From Candidatus Nomurabacteria bacterium (lineage in GTDB: Bacteria; Patescibacteriota; Minisyncoccia; Phycocordibacterales; UBA918), in NCBI GenBank assembly GCA_020632095.1, contig JACKGF010000001.1:134549-198548 (forward strand): DNA of 64,000 nt. Direction: 5' to 3'. Positions within the stretch are counted from its first letter, which is position 1, and each line of letters begins with the position of its first letter. Positions 1 to 10,900 of the stretch are shown piece after piece. The notes under the pieces were generated by a model. That model was not told the DNA's origin. It saw only the letters and a list, made by a program, of their open reading frames with translations, and did no database searches. A program made the translations under genes and the position numbers.

Positions 1-290
1 AAATTCACAATATGCCTTGCAGGCATTTGTTCATTTGTGTGTTCATAAGTACAAAAAAGATTTTTTGAGCATCGTATAATGAAAGAGTATTTACGAGGGA
101 GGTAATCAATTAGCATTACTGAACGTACTTTTTGTGTACGTGAGCACTTCAGCCAAGTGTGACTTCGTAAGTATGCTTACAGTGCATTTTTATAGAGCGG
201 AGTGGAGACCACTCTATGGTACGAGTTTATTCTCGTCTGTTTCTTACCACAAGTAAACAGACTGTAGGGCTAAATACAACGTAGAGTAAT

Positions 291-1436
291 ATGAATCGAG
301 CTTCAAACTCATTCTCATTACTCCAAGCAACTGCAGCGACCTTAGGCCTAGCCATGCTCTTATGGTCATTTGGTCTACCGTCACTCCGCTTTGCGGAAGC
401 TGCCAATGTCACCTCTTTTAGCGATACACTATCGGACTCAGCTCCCAGTGTTGTAGCTAATCACACTATCCAGTTTGTAACACCAACCGGTCTTGCAGCT
501 GGAGAAATTATTAGTCTAACGTTCCCTGCTGGGTTTACTGGCATCGGAGCTTTAACGGCGGAGGATCTTGATCTTAAAGTCAACGGTGTCGACCAGGATT
601 TAGATGATAATCCTGCCAGTGGCGCAATCTGGAATGTAACTGCTGCGGGTCAAGTAATTGACATCGAAAGTGGTACTGACACGGTTGGTCCTGGAGAAAC
701 AGTGATTATCGAGATTGGTCTAAACGCCAGTTACGCTAGTACTAGTGATAGCCAAATCACTAACCCAGCTGGTCTAACTTCATACGAAATTGGACTTACA
801 CTCAGTAACAGTGATACTGGTAAAACTAGAGTAGCTATTGTTGACTCAGTTACAGTAACTGCTTCGGTTGATACTTTGTTTACCTTTACGGTGAATGGAG
901 TAGCTGCTGGAACATTGGTTAACACAGCTGATTCAACAGGTGGAGACACTACAGCAACGGCGATTCCTTTTGGAGTTCTTGATGCTGATACAGCTAGTAC
1001 TGCAGCCCAAAACATTGAAGTGTCTACCAACGCAGCTAATGGTTTTGTGGTAACAGTCGAAACTGACCACCAGCTACTTTCTGCCAACGGTGCTGATATC
1101 GACGGTTTCCGTAACGGAAGCTACGATGCTTCACCAGTAGCTTGGGAATCACCAGGAGCAACGCCTGGACAAGAAAATGAATATGGTCACTGGGGTATTT
1201 CGTCTAACGATACTACTCTTACCGGTGGTTTAAGCGATTTCTTTTCTGGCGGTGATAACTTTGTGTCTGCATCCACAACTCCAGTTGAGGTGTTCCGACA
1301 TGATGGTCCTACTGATGGTACCGTAGCTGGTGAAGGTAATGCCGACATCATCTACATGGTTGAAACTACTGCTTTGCAGGAAGCAGCCGAAGACTATACT
1401 GCTACATTGACATATGTAGCAACACCAGTGTTCTAA
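291..1436 (+). CDS. secreted Thr/Ser/Gly-rich cell-surface protein; stand-alone homolog of the C-terminal ~280-aa domain of the giant protein 7914..14057 (ends ...YVATPVF)
   Basis: 381-aa ORF. N-terminal signal peptide (LGLAMLLWSFGLPSLRFAEA followed by AANVT). Low-complexity beta-type composition. C-terminal 30 aa DIIYMVETTALQEAAEDYTATLTYVATPVF aligns with DVVYRVMVTEMQPAGDYETNIVYIAVPVF at the end of the 2047-aa protein; further upstream blocks also align (STNAANGFVV / STNATEGYQV). Confidence 0.6.
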   Translation: MNRASNSFSLLQATAATLGLAMLLWSFGLPSLRFAEAANVTSFSDTLSDSAPSVVANHTIQFVTPTGLAAGEIISLTFPAGFTGIGALTAEDLDLKVNGVDQDLDDNPASGAIWNVTAAGQVIDIESGTDTVGPGETVIIEIGLNASYASTSDSQITNPAGLTSYEIGLTLSNSDTGKTRVAIVDSVTVTASVDTLFTFTVNGVAAGTLVNTADSTGGDTTATAIPFGVLDADTASTAAQNIEVSTNAANGFVVTVETDHQLLSANGADIDGFRNGSYDASPVAWESPGATPGQENEYGHWGISSNDTTLTGGLSDFFSGGDNFVSASTTPVEVFRHDGPTDGTVAGEGNADIIYMVETTALQEAAEDYTATLTYVATPVF

Positions 1437-1507
1437 CGAATATTGGCTCTAAGCTTGGAGTTAAAAGACAAAAGACCCTATCTCCCACCACGAGAAGGGT
1501 TTTTTGT

Positions 1508-2623
1508 ATGTGTACAGATAAAGAATATGACGGTATTAGTTGCTATAATAAGTTAATGTTAAATTCAGCGCGTTTTCTAGTGGGAATATTCCTAGGAAGT
1601 ATTTTTTTGATTCCGTTGTACTCTGAAGCCGCTTCGCTATACATAGATCCAGCTATCAGTACTCTAAATAGAGGTGATTCAGCCAAGATGGTGCTTCGTC
1701 TTGATACAGATGAGGCAGCTGAAGAGTGTGTTAATGCTGTCGATGGTGTGGTTACTTATTCGGATAATATTGAACCAGTAGACGTTTCGATTGGAAATTC
1801 AATTTTTAACATGTGGGTTGAGAGGCCTGTTATTAATAAAGAAAATAAAACAATTACCTTTGCTGGCGGTATACCAAATGGATATTGCGGTCGTGTGCAG
1901 GGTGATCCAAGGTTAACTAACATAATTGCCGAAATCGTATTTCGTTCGCCAGGTTTTTCAGTTGGTGCAGGGAGTAATGTTGAAAATACCGCTACAGTTG
2001 ACTTTACTTCCTCAAGTACGGCATACCTAAATGATGGTTTTGGTACTAAAGCTGATTTAAATTTGTATGGAGCTAAAATAGAACTTAATAAATCGGCTGG
2101 GGCAACAATGATTAATCCTTGGAAAGACGAAATTGAAGCTGATGATATCTTGCCGGAAAAGTTTAGCATTTCATTACAAAAAGACGACAAAGCTTTTTCA
2201 GGTAAGTACTACATAGTTTTTAGTACAACTGATAAACAAACTGGTATTGATCACTATGAAGTGATGGAGGAGCCTTTAACACAATTCGGTTCGTTTCAGT
2301 GGGGAAGAGCAGATGCTCCTTGGCTGATGGTCAAACAACCGCCAGTTCATGTTCTTAAAGATCAATCACTCAATAGTATAATCAGAGTTAAAGCGATTGA
2401 TAAAGCAGGTAATGAATACATTGCAACTTATATTCCAGATGATTCACTTAGAACCTTTTCAAGAAGTGAGTTTCTAGTGTATGGATTTGGGATTGCTGGC
2501 TTGATAATAATTATTATTGTTGGGCTGGCAGTCTTCACTTATGTAAAGAAAAAAAGACGAAGTAAAACTGATGATAGGGTAGATATTGAAGATGATTCAG
2601 ACGCTAATAATCTTGAAGAGTAA
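1508..2623 (+). CDS. cohesin-like domain surface protein with C-terminal TM anchor (paralog 1); alternative start ATG 1556
   Basis: 371 aa. The signal peptide is best from M at 1556 (MLNSARFLVGIFLGSIFLIPLYSEA). N-terminal ~150 aa (ASLYIDPAISTLNRGDSAKMVLRLDTDE...NMWVERP...TFAGGIPNGY) is homologous to the N-termini of 2625..4394 and 5089..5847. C-terminal hydrophobic helix GFGIAGLIIIIIVGLAVFTYV followed by KKKRRSK stop-transfer. Confidence 0.6.
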   Translation: MCTDKEYDGISCYNKLMLNSARFLVGIFLGSIFLIPLYSEAASLYIDPAISTLNRGDSAKMVLRLDTDEAAEECVNAVDGVVTYSDNIEPVDVSIGNSIFNMWVERPVINKENKTITFAGGIPNGYCGRVQGDPRLTNIIAEIVFRSPGFSVGAGSNVENTATVDFTSSSTAYLNDGFGTKADLNLYGAKIELNKSAGATMINPWKDEIEADDILPEKFSISLQKDDKAFSGKYYIVFSTTDKQTGIDHYEVMEEPLTQFGSFQWGRADAPWLMVKQPPVHVLKDQSLNSIIRVKAIDKAGNEYIATYIPDDSLRTFSRSEFLVYGFGIAGLIIIIIVGLAVFTYVKKKRRSKTDDRVDIEDDSDANNLEE

Positions 2624-2624
2624 T

Positions 2625-4394
2625 ATGATCTTTATAAAAAAACATAGATTAATAGGACAGATACACCCATTTTTTTTAGCGATTCTAATTGGAGTTACAT
2701 TCTTTTTTCTTTCGATCTCTATAACGGAAGCCGCCTCTTTGTCACTGTCACCAAATACCGGGGTGTACTCAACTAATGGTACTTTTTCAGTGAAGGTGCA
2801 AGTCAATACGGGTGGTCAAGCTATTAATGCAGCTGAAGGAACACTTTCTTTCAATCCGAGAGAACTATCGGTCGTATCAGTTAATCGTACTGGTTCAATT
2901 TTCAATTTATGGGTTGCAGAGCCAACCTTTTCTAATAGTGCTGGTACTATAAATTTTAGCGGTGGCTTACCATCTGGTTATAGTAGTGCGGTTGGAAACA
3001 TAATGAATATCACTTTTCGAGCCGCTGGAGCTGGTACCGCTCGGGTGTCATTTACCAATGGCTCAGTGCTGGCTAATGATGGTCGAGGTACCAATGTACT
3101 GACGGCAATGAATGGTGGAACGTACACTATACAAGCACAATCTGAGGCTCCAAAAGCCGAGGTTATTGAATATGTCGCTCCAGCCAATACTCCGGCTGCC
3201 CCGATTGTAAATTCAAAGACTCATGGTGATCAAAAGGCATGGTATAAAAGTAAAGAAGCAATTTTGTCCTGGACACTACCAAGCGGTGTAACTGCTGTAA
3301 GAACTTTGTTGGACGAAAGTCTAACGACAGTTCCTACTAAAGTCTACGAGAACCCAATTAGCACTATTACACTTAGTGATCTACCTGATGGTGAGTCTTA
3401 TTTCCATGTTCAATTTAAAAATGCTGATGGTTGGGGTAAGGTTACTCACTATCGATTAGCAGTCGATAGTGAACGTCCAACTAGTATTGAGATATCTCAA
3501 GCAAGTGGTTATGATTTAGGTAATCCAAACCAAATTTTGAGTGTAAAAGTTGAGGATGAGACTAGTGAAGTGAAAAGGTATAAGGTTAAACTTGATACGG
3601 ACGAACCTTTTGAATACATTGATGAGACTGGTTCCAGCACCATTCCTTTACCAGCGCTTAATCCAGGCTACCACAACGCCTTCATCGAAGCGTTTGACGA
3701 AGCAGGTAATAGTATAACCGGTGCTTTCTCATTTACGATTGAGGCCTTCAGTAAACCAATCTTTACTGATTATCCATCAGAAATAAATGAAGAAGTAATA
3801 CCTGTTATTAAAGGTTTAACTCGACCAAATGCAAAGATTGAGGTGTTTGTGCGTAGAGTTGGCAGTGAACCAAATTCCTACAATATTTCAAGTAATGATG
3901 CTGGAGAATTTGTTTTCATACCAGAAGGAACTTTCCAGACAGGTGTGTATGAATTATCAGCTCAAGCGACTGATGAATATGGCGCTCTTAGTGATGTGTC
4001 AGAAGTGATTAAAATAGCTGTCCAACAGCCTGGTTATTTAAGAGTCGGTTCAATGATTGTAGATGCTCTGTCTGTAGTAATTCCACTTATTGTTTTGGTC
4101 CTTTTCTTGATTGTTGGCACATGGTATTTAATAGCTTACCTTGGTCGCTTTAGGAGACGAGTGCGAGTAGAGTCTTTTGAAGCGTTGGAGATTTTGCATC
4201 GCGAGTTTTCTTCTTTACAGAAAACCTTACGTGATCAAGAGTTAGTAATGATTGAGTCAAGAAAAACTAAGAAATTAACCAAGGCCGAGTCTGATATGAT
4301 TGGTGTGCTTGATAACGCCTTATTGGCTGCACAAAGTAAGGTAGAGAAGGAGATAGAAGACGTGACCGAATTAACCCGTAAGAATAGTAACTAA
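2625..4394 (+). CDS. cohesin-like domain large surface protein with C-terminal TM anchor and coiled-coil cytoplasmic tail (paralog 2)
   Basis: ORF track start 2586 overlaps the upstream gene; in-frame ATG 2625 directly follows the upstream stop (taATATG) and gives a signal peptide (FFLAILIGVTFFFLSISITEA). Domain ASLSLSPNTGVYSTNGTFSVKVQVNTGG...NLWVAEP...NFSGGLPSGY is paralogous to 1508 and 5089. TM VVIPLIVLVLFLIVGTWYLIAY near the C-terminus, then a charged coiled-coil tail. Confidence 0.6.
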   Translation: MIFIKKHRLIGQIHPFFLAILIGVTFFFLSISITEAASLSLSPNTGVYSTNGTFSVKVQVNTGGQAINAAEGTLSFNPRELSVVSVNRTGSIFNLWVAEPTFSNSAGTINFSGGLPSGYSSAVGNIMNITFRAAGAGTARVSFTNGSVLANDGRGTNVLTAMNGGTYTIQAQSEAPKAEVIEYVAPANTPAAPIVNSKTHGDQKAWYKSKEAILSWTLPSGVTAVRTLLDESLTTVPTKVYENPISTITLSDLPDGESYFHVQFKNADGWGKVTHYRLAVDSERPTSIEISQASGYDLGNPNQILSVKVEDETSEVKRYKVKLDTDEPFEYIDETGSSTIPLPALNPGYHNAFIEAFDEAGNSITGAFSFTIEAFSKPIFTDYPSEINEEVIPVIKGLTRPNAKIEVFVRRVGSEPNSYNISSNDAGEFVFIPEGTFQTGVYELSAQATDEYGALSDVSEVIKIAVQQPGYLRVGSMIVDALSVVIPLIVLVLFLIVGTWYLIAYLGRFRRRVRVESFEALEILHREFSSLQKTLRDQELVMIESRKTKKLTKAESDMIGVLDNALLAAQSKVEKEIEDVTELTRKNSN

Positions 4395-4400
4395 TACAAT

Positions 4401-5087
4401 ATGAACACTGAAAAAAAATCAGAATGGTTGAACGTAAAAAATATACTGGTCGCCCTAGTGGGAATAATCGTTATGTACTTCATAGTGACAACATTAGTAG
4501 ACTTAAGGTTTCAGGCCCTAGAGATTGCTACTAAAGTCAGGATTTCTGATCAAGAAGCTTTGCTGGATAAAATTGCAGAAATAACTGCTAGAAATGGAGC
4601 AGATAGTGTTACTGAATCAATCATAAAAGATTGCTCTGTAACTGAGAGAATCCAGTTTGATACTTTACTAGGTCATTTAAATAATGGTTTGGACAAAACT
4701 GAGTTAGTTGAATTGGAGAGGTTGTTTGGTCGTTGTGGAAGATTTTTTTCAGATCGAAAGTCAGTTATGGTATCTCGTTTATCAAGAGAAGTTGAAATAT
4801 ATAGCGATTATGTTGACCAATTAAGTACTATTACTGGTCATAGTCAAACAACATCTTTTCCAGTAGGAGAGTGGGAGGCTCTAGCTAAGGCAGAAAGGAA
4901 ACAAGCTGAGTATTCAGTTGAACTAGTGCGTTTGCAAGATGCAATAATCTCAACTTTGTTATTAGGCAAAAACGCAGAGTCTGAAGAAATTAACGAAATA
5001 CTAAAACAGGTTCAAGAAGTTCAAACAAATTTATATGAAGCAAAAAAAGCTACCATAGATATTACTAATAGCCTGTCTTCTTTGTAA
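4401..5087 (+). CDS. N-terminally membrane-anchored coiled-coil protein, function unknown
   Basis: 228 aa. One N-terminal TM (ILVALVGIIVMYFIVTTLV). The rest is predicted helical/charged. No recognisable catalytic motif. Confidence 0.45.
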   Translation: MNTEKKSEWLNVKNILVALVGIIVMYFIVTTLVDLRFQALEIATKVRISDQEALLDKIAEITARNGADSVTESIIKDCSVTERIQFDTLLGHLNNGLDKTELVELERLFGRCGRFFSDRKSVMVSRLSREVEIYSDYVDQLSTITGHSQTTSFPVGEWEALAKAERKQAEYSVELVRLQDAIISTLLLGKNAESEEINEILKQVQEVQTNLYEAKKATIDITNSLSSL

Positions 5088-5088
5088 G

Positions 5089-5847
5089 TTGATATTTATT
5101 ATGGGTCGAATTGTAAATTACTTTAAAAATATATTTAAAGAAAAACCGAAAAAATATACAATTCGATTCATGTTTCCTGCGCTTATAATGTTCGCGGCTA
5201 TATTTGGAGCCGCAGCAGTAAGTACTAGTCAGCAATCATATATCAGACTTGAGTCGACAGAATCTACTATTGAAGCAGGGAAAAGATTTACCTTAAACGT
5301 TTATGCTAATGCACATGTACCGGTTAACGCTGTAGACGTGACGCTTAAGTTTGACCCTAAGGCAGTAAAAGTGATGGAGGTCGATAGAGGTCAATCTGTT
5401 TTGACTATCTGGACTCAAGATCCAATTATTCAGGAGAACAGTGTCATTCTAAGGGGAGGAACCTTTAAAAGAGGTTTTATTGGTGAACATAAGATTGCTT
5501 CAATTGATCTCTTGGCCCTAAGTACTGGTCAAAGTAGCTTAAGTGCAACTAACGTTGTTTTGTTGGCTGGAGATGGAAAGGGTACTCCGGTGACTGTTGG
5601 TCAAAATGACAAATCATCAGTCAATTTGTATATATATGACGAGAACACTAGTCTCGAAAGTATTGGGGTTAATGTCGCAATTAAAATCATAACTGACATT
5701 GATGGTGATGGTAAGGTTAGTCTAAAAGACATTAGTGCGTTTATGGCAGCATGGGCTAATAAAGACGTTTCTTACGATTTTAATGGTGATGGTAAGATGA
5801 CATTTCGAGACTTCTCTATAATTCTTGCCGATTTCTTCTTTAAGTAA
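5089..5847 (+). CDS. cohesin-like domain protein with C-terminal type-I dockerin (paralog 3)
   Basis: 252 aa. N-terminal TM/signal (FMFPALIMFAAIFGAAAV). Domain SYIRLESTESTIEAGKRFTLNVYANAHVP...LTIWTQDP...RGGTFKRGF is paralogous to 1508 and 2625. The C-terminus DIDGDGKVSLKDISAFMAAW...DFNGDGKMTFRDFSIILADF is a canonical duplicated Ca-binding dockerin repeat. Confidence 0.65.
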   Translation: MIFIMGRIVNYFKNIFKEKPKKYTIRFMFPALIMFAAIFGAAAVSTSQQSYIRLESTESTIEAGKRFTLNVYANAHVPVNAVDVTLKFDPKAVKVMEVDRGQSVLTIWTQDPIIQENSVILRGGTFKRGFIGEHKIASIDLLALSTGQSSLSATNVVLLAGDGKGTPVTVGQNDKSSVNLYIYDENTSLESIGVNVAIKIITDIDGDGKVSLKDISAFMAAWANKDVSYDFNGDGKMTFRDFSIILADFFFK

Positions 5848-6000
5848 CATTTTACATATTTGTCAAGCGTTTTTTTGTTTAAATTTGCTTGATTATCAAC
5901 AGAAAAGTGAATAACCTTGGTGATAAATAGTGGACAACACTGGTATTATTATTGTGTGATGGGAATAATTTGTTATCACAACAAAACTGTTGGGTCATAA

Positions 6001-7881
6001 ATGTCACAAAAAAGTACAAAAATTAAAATCACTAACAATCTATCGACTAGTCAGGGGCGCCGTGCAAGCGAGCGTTCTACTAGGGTATTTGGTGGTGCCA
6101 GAGATCCTTCCGTTCAGGAAACAGTTTTCTTGTACAAGTTAGTTTTCAATACTAGAAAAGCAGTCCTGCTGTCAGTTTTGTTGTTGTTATGTTTTGTGTC
6201 TCAACCATTTCAAAATGTTTATGCTGAAGAAACAACTGCTGACATTGTCCCAGCTTCAGCCAAGGTAGAGATACCTCCAGAATTTACTCAAGAAACTGTT
6301 AAGGCCGAAGTGATTTCGGAAGCACCTAGTCAGAAGAGTGAAGAAATATCAACTGATGTCTCAAAAGATATTGCTTTAGTTGATAATGGCCCGCCAGAAG
6401 TTATCGCTACTGATCAAGAACCTGAAAAAGCTACTTCTAGTAGTGCGGTTGTAGTATCTAAGTCAGCTAGTACAACAAAAGTTGTTTCTGCTGTGACAGA
6501 GGCTAGTGCTTCAAGTAGTGAAATAATAAATATAGACACTTCAAGTATAGTCTCAACTTCAACTCAAAAATCTACCTCGACACTACTTAGTGACGAGTCT
6601 TCAGGTGGCACAAGTGGAGGTTCTGGAACTACTGACTCTAACGAAGATCAAACACCAGATGAAGAGCTAGACTCAGATACTACTGCTTCTAGTACCGAGA
6701 TTACTGACGTTGGTAAAGTCGACAATGAAGAAGTCTCGGCTGATGATAATTCTGTTGATGAGATTAATGACGAGGTTGGGTCGGGTAGTGGTGTATTGGA
6801 AAGTGCAGATGTAGAAATATCTGATGAAGTTGATGAGGTTGGTACAAATGATAATCTAGTCTCATATGTTGAAAGTGACTCACAGTTTTCTTTCCTTAAA
6901 AGTGAATGCACTAGAATTGAAGAAGGTTCATTTTACTGTCAGAAGAAAGACTCTTCTGTACACACAGAAGACTCCTTAGTAGCTGCTCCTGACGCAGATG
7001 GTGATTTGGAAATATACCTAGTACGGGACGGTGAACGGACCCAGATTACACATAATAAAGTCGATGATGCTTCGCCTTACTATGATGAATATTCAAAGAC
7101 AATTGTATGGCACCGTCTGGTAAATGATCGATATCAAATTATTTCTTATGACACCAATACAGGTAAAGAAGTTCAGTTGACTGATACTGATGTTAACAAT
7201 ATGGAACCAACTCGACACGGAGAATACACAGTTTGGCAACGTTGGGTGCATGATAACTGGGAGATAATGTTATTTGATGGTTCTAAAGAGAAACAAATTA
7301 CTAATTCTTCTAGACACGATATTGCTCCACATGTTAGAGGACCATTGATCATATGGAATAGTCGTTCTAACGACGGTACACAGTCTCTAATGACTTATGA
7401 CATTAAAGATAGAACCTATACCACTATTGCTGATGGTGAAGGTGTTTCGGTGTCTAACCCAAGATTGATGGTTATGTATGAAGCGATGTATGAAAATGGT
7501 GATGTTGTGATGAAAGGATTTGACGTGGTAACTGGTAAAATCATGCCCCTTCAATCCTTACCTCAGGAATTGCCGACAGATTTACCAAATACCGATTCAA
7601 CTGGAGAGACTAGAGCCTTAATTCAAACTAAGCCAGCTCCCAAGCAGTCAGAGATAGTGAATAATAATGAAACAACGTCAAGTGGTAGTTCAACTCCACC
7701 TATCTTACCTGACATAGATATTGATCAAACATTAGATTTGCGTGCAACCAGTACTGTCGATATCGAGCAGGTAAACGAAGTGTTTGAGAGTCCAACTTCC
7801 ACTATCCCAGACCTAGTAGTTCCGATCGCTACGTCATCACCTGATACCTCTTCAAGTTCACAGACTACTGCTGAATCATAA
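6001..7881 (+). CDS. secreted Ser/Thr/Asp/Glu-rich protein with C-terminal TolB/PD40-like beta-propeller repeats
   Basis: 626 aa. Hydrophobic signal/anchor (AVLLSVLLLLCFVSQPF). Long acidic S/T-rich low-complexity middle. The C-terminal half has repeated motifs typical of TolB-like propeller blades (GDLEIYLVRDGERTQITHN..., YQIISYDTNTGKEVQLTD..., WEIMLFDGSKEKQITNS..., QSLMTYDIKDRTYTTIADGEG). Confidence 0.55.
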   Translation: MSQKSTKIKITNNLSTSQGRRASERSTRVFGGARDPSVQETVFLYKLVFNTRKAVLLSVLLLLCFVSQPFQNVYAEETTADIVPASAKVEIPPEFTQETVKAEVISEAPSQKSEEISTDVSKDIALVDNGPPEVIATDQEPEKATSSSAVVVSKSASTTKVVSAVTEASASSSEIINIDTSSIVSTSTQKSTSTLLSDESSGGTSGGSGTTDSNEDQTPDEELDSDTTASSTEITDVGKVDNEEVSADDNSVDEINDEVGSGSGVLESADVEISDEVDEVGTNDNLVSYVESDSQFSFLKSECTRIEEGSFYCQKKDSSVHTEDSLVAAPDADGDLEIYLVRDGERTQITHNKVDDASPYYDEYSKTIVWHRLVNDRYQIISYDTNTGKEVQLTDTDVNNMEPTRHGEYTVWQRWVHDNWEIMLFDGSKEKQITNSSRHDIAPHVRGPLIIWNSRSNDGTQSLMTYDIKDRTYTTIADGEGVSVSNPRLMVMYEAMYENGDVVMKGFDVVTGKIMPLQSLPQELPTDLPNTDSTGETRALIQTKPAPKQSEIVNNNETTSSGSSTPPILPDIDIDQTLDLRATSTVDIEQVNEVFESPTSTIPDLVVPIATSSPDTSSSSQTTAES

Positions 7882-7913
7882 GAAAAATAAGGTAATATAT
7901 AAGGAACGGAGTT

Positions 7914-10900
7914 ATGTATCAACTGCGCACATTAGAACGTGTTAAAAGTAGTGTTTCTGCAGGATTGATTTTTTCAATTGCTATGCAGCTGTTTGGAGTT
8001 TTGCTACTGCAGATTGTTTTATTGTACCCACAGGCGGTTGAAGCAGCTGAGGTGGTGATTGATAGTACAGTAAGTACGAATGCGGCTGCTAACACATTTG
8101 CTGGTGCGCAGACAGCTTTTACTGATGATCAAACCGGCTATACTTTTTATCGAGATAGTAATAACACTTGTGTTTATAGTAAGACTACTGATGGAGGAAA
8201 TACGTGGGGTTCTGCTGTTACTGTCGATAGTCAAACTGACTGTCTGGAAATTGTTATTTGGTACGACCGTTGGACTCCGGGTGATAGTACTGGAAATTAC
8301 ATTCATATTTCCACTATGGACAGTGGGGATGATGACCTTTTTTATAATCGTCTCGATACAACCAGTGATACTCTGTTGATGGGGTCTGCACCGGTTAATG
8401 TTTCAACCAGTTCTGGACAAGTGCCATCATTGGCAAACACTGTTAACGCTCAGACTATTACCAAAGCAACTGACGGTAAAATCTACATGGCTGTTAATGA
8501 CGTGAGTGATTCATTTGTGGTGTCTTGCTCTGCGAGTTGTGAAACTGAGTCAAATTGGACTGAAGTTGGGACTAGCCCATATGACAGTACAAATGACTTT
8601 AACTTACTAGTTCCTCTGTCAGGAGGAAATGTAATGACCATAAACAGAGATATTTCAGCTGATGATATCCGTTCGGCAATTTGGGATGGAGCTAATTGGT
8701 CGGGGTGGACTAATATTGATATTAACGCTCCTGAAAATTCAACTTTCGATGTCGGGATGTCTGTCACTGTAGATGTTGATACCGGGAGCATCTATCTGGC
8801 TTATGTTGCTGATAATAACGACATGGTAACGGCGGATCATGATATTAGAACAGCTGTCTATACGTCTGGGGTTTGGACAAATAAGACAGACGTTTTGACC
8901 AATGTCTCTGGCCGGGGTATTCATAATACAGCTATTGCCTATGATCAAAATAAAGGTGATGTGTATGTTTCTTATGCAATTGAGGATACTATTGGTACTC
9001 CTACTAGCGCCAATATCTATTGGAAGAAATCAACAGATGGAATGACTACTTGGGGCACAGAACAAGGCCCGATCAATACTACCAGTGGAAATATATATGG
9101 CCCATCATTAAACCTAAATAGTCACGAAAGAATTTATGCTACTTGGTATGATCCAGCAGTTAATGATCGATTTGGTAATACTGTGGCTGATATCGGGCCC
9201 GATACTATTTTGGCCTCAATCGGAACTCAGGTTTCGTCAATCAAGACCAATGATACAGGTGTATATCTAGGGGGTGCATTTACAGTTAAATCGATTTCTA
9301 GTCGAACTATTTCTACTTTTAAAATTACAGAGAAAGGCACTGTTGATGCACAAAATGATTTGAATAACATTAAACTTTTTTACGACCTAGATGTTTCTTT
9401 TCCATACGACTGTGTTAGTGAATCATACTCCGGTGGAGAGTCTCAATTTGGTGTGACAGATACCAATGGTTTCTCTGGAGTTGATGGCACATCAAATTTT
9501 ACCGGTTCAATTGTTAATGTGACACCGACTCAGACTATGTGTGTGTATGTTGTGCTTGATGTATTGAGTACAGCCAATGATACTGATACGATTGAAATTG
9601 AAGTTACAAATCCTTCTACTGATGTAACAGTTTCTGGCGAAACTGTTTATCCTGCTACATCGATTGAAATAGCTAGTACTACAAATATCGTTAGTCCAGA
9701 TTTAACCCAAATTCACTATCATTGGCGAAATGATGATGGAACAGAAAGTGGAGCAACCTCAGCTACGGCTGGTGCGGAAGACACTCCCATTAGTTCACTA
9801 ATAAAAGAGACTCCGATCAGGCTACGTATGGAAGTCTCAAATGAAGGTTCAACCTCAACTGATGCAACGTTTCAGCTTGAATACGGTCTAGCGGCGCCAA
9901 CCTGTGGTGATGTTGCTAGTTGGACTGACGTAGGTGCAACTGATGATGCTTGGAATATGTATCCGACCGCTAATTTAAACGATGGTGATAGTACGACGGA
10001 TATTTCAAATACAATCGGTGGAGTCACTTTTGAAAATTCAAATTTTCTGAGTCCAAACTATGGTGTTAAAGATGCATTCTCAACGACTAGTAGTTTGACT
10101 CTCGATACTATAGATTACGTTGAATTAGAGTTTTCATTAGTAGCCTCTAGTTCTGCGGTGGAAGGAGAGACGTATTGTTTTCGGCTGACTGATTCTGGTA
10201 CGCCATTAAACACTTACAGTGTTATTCCACAAGCGACAATCAGCGCCGATATTATAGCGGCAGCAGTTGGGACTCATATAACTAATGCTGACATACCGAC
10301 TACCGCCGCTTATCTGGGGGGCTCATTTTCACTAAAGTCAACTTCTGGCTCACATACAATCACTAACGTTACAATTACTGAAACTGGAACGATTGATGCC
10401 TCGACCGGGCTTAGTAATATAAAATTATTCTATGAATCGGATCTGAGTAATCCTTACGATTGCACCAGTGAATCCTACGCAGGAACCGAGACTCAGTTTG
10501 GTGGTACAGATACTGATGGATTTAGTGGTCCAAATGGTACTTCGACTTTTTCTGACTCGGTTGGCATTACGGCTACCAGCACGTTGTGTTTGTATGTTGT
10601 TTCAGATATTACCACCTTACCAATTAATGGTGAAACAGTATCTTTTCAAATCACTTCACCAACCTCTGATGTAGTGGCAGGGGCTTCTTCTGTCGCTCCG
10701 GGTACACCTATTTCAATTACAGCCTCTACTACCTTGCAAGGTGGGCTCCTTACCCAAACACATTATCATTGGCGATACAACAATGGTGGTGAAAGTACTT
10801 CAACTTCAGCCACTTTTGGAAACGAAGATACTCCGGTTACAGATTTTGATTTGTCTTCAAAGATTCGCCTTCGTCTTGGTGTTTCAAATGAGGGTGCTAC

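Noticed and set aside
731-1087. Antisense/alternative-frame ORFs inside long genes (e.g. 731..1087-, 1756..2190-, 2978..3187-, 8019..8306-, 8080..8379+, 10468..10674+, 32081..32491-, 43133..43477-, 48039..48278+, 60256..60741-)
   Set aside because: All lie wholly within much longer, motif-supported ORFs on the other strand or frame. Their compositions (Ser/Leu/Arg-rich) are typical of shadow ORFs. No independent start or terminator signals.
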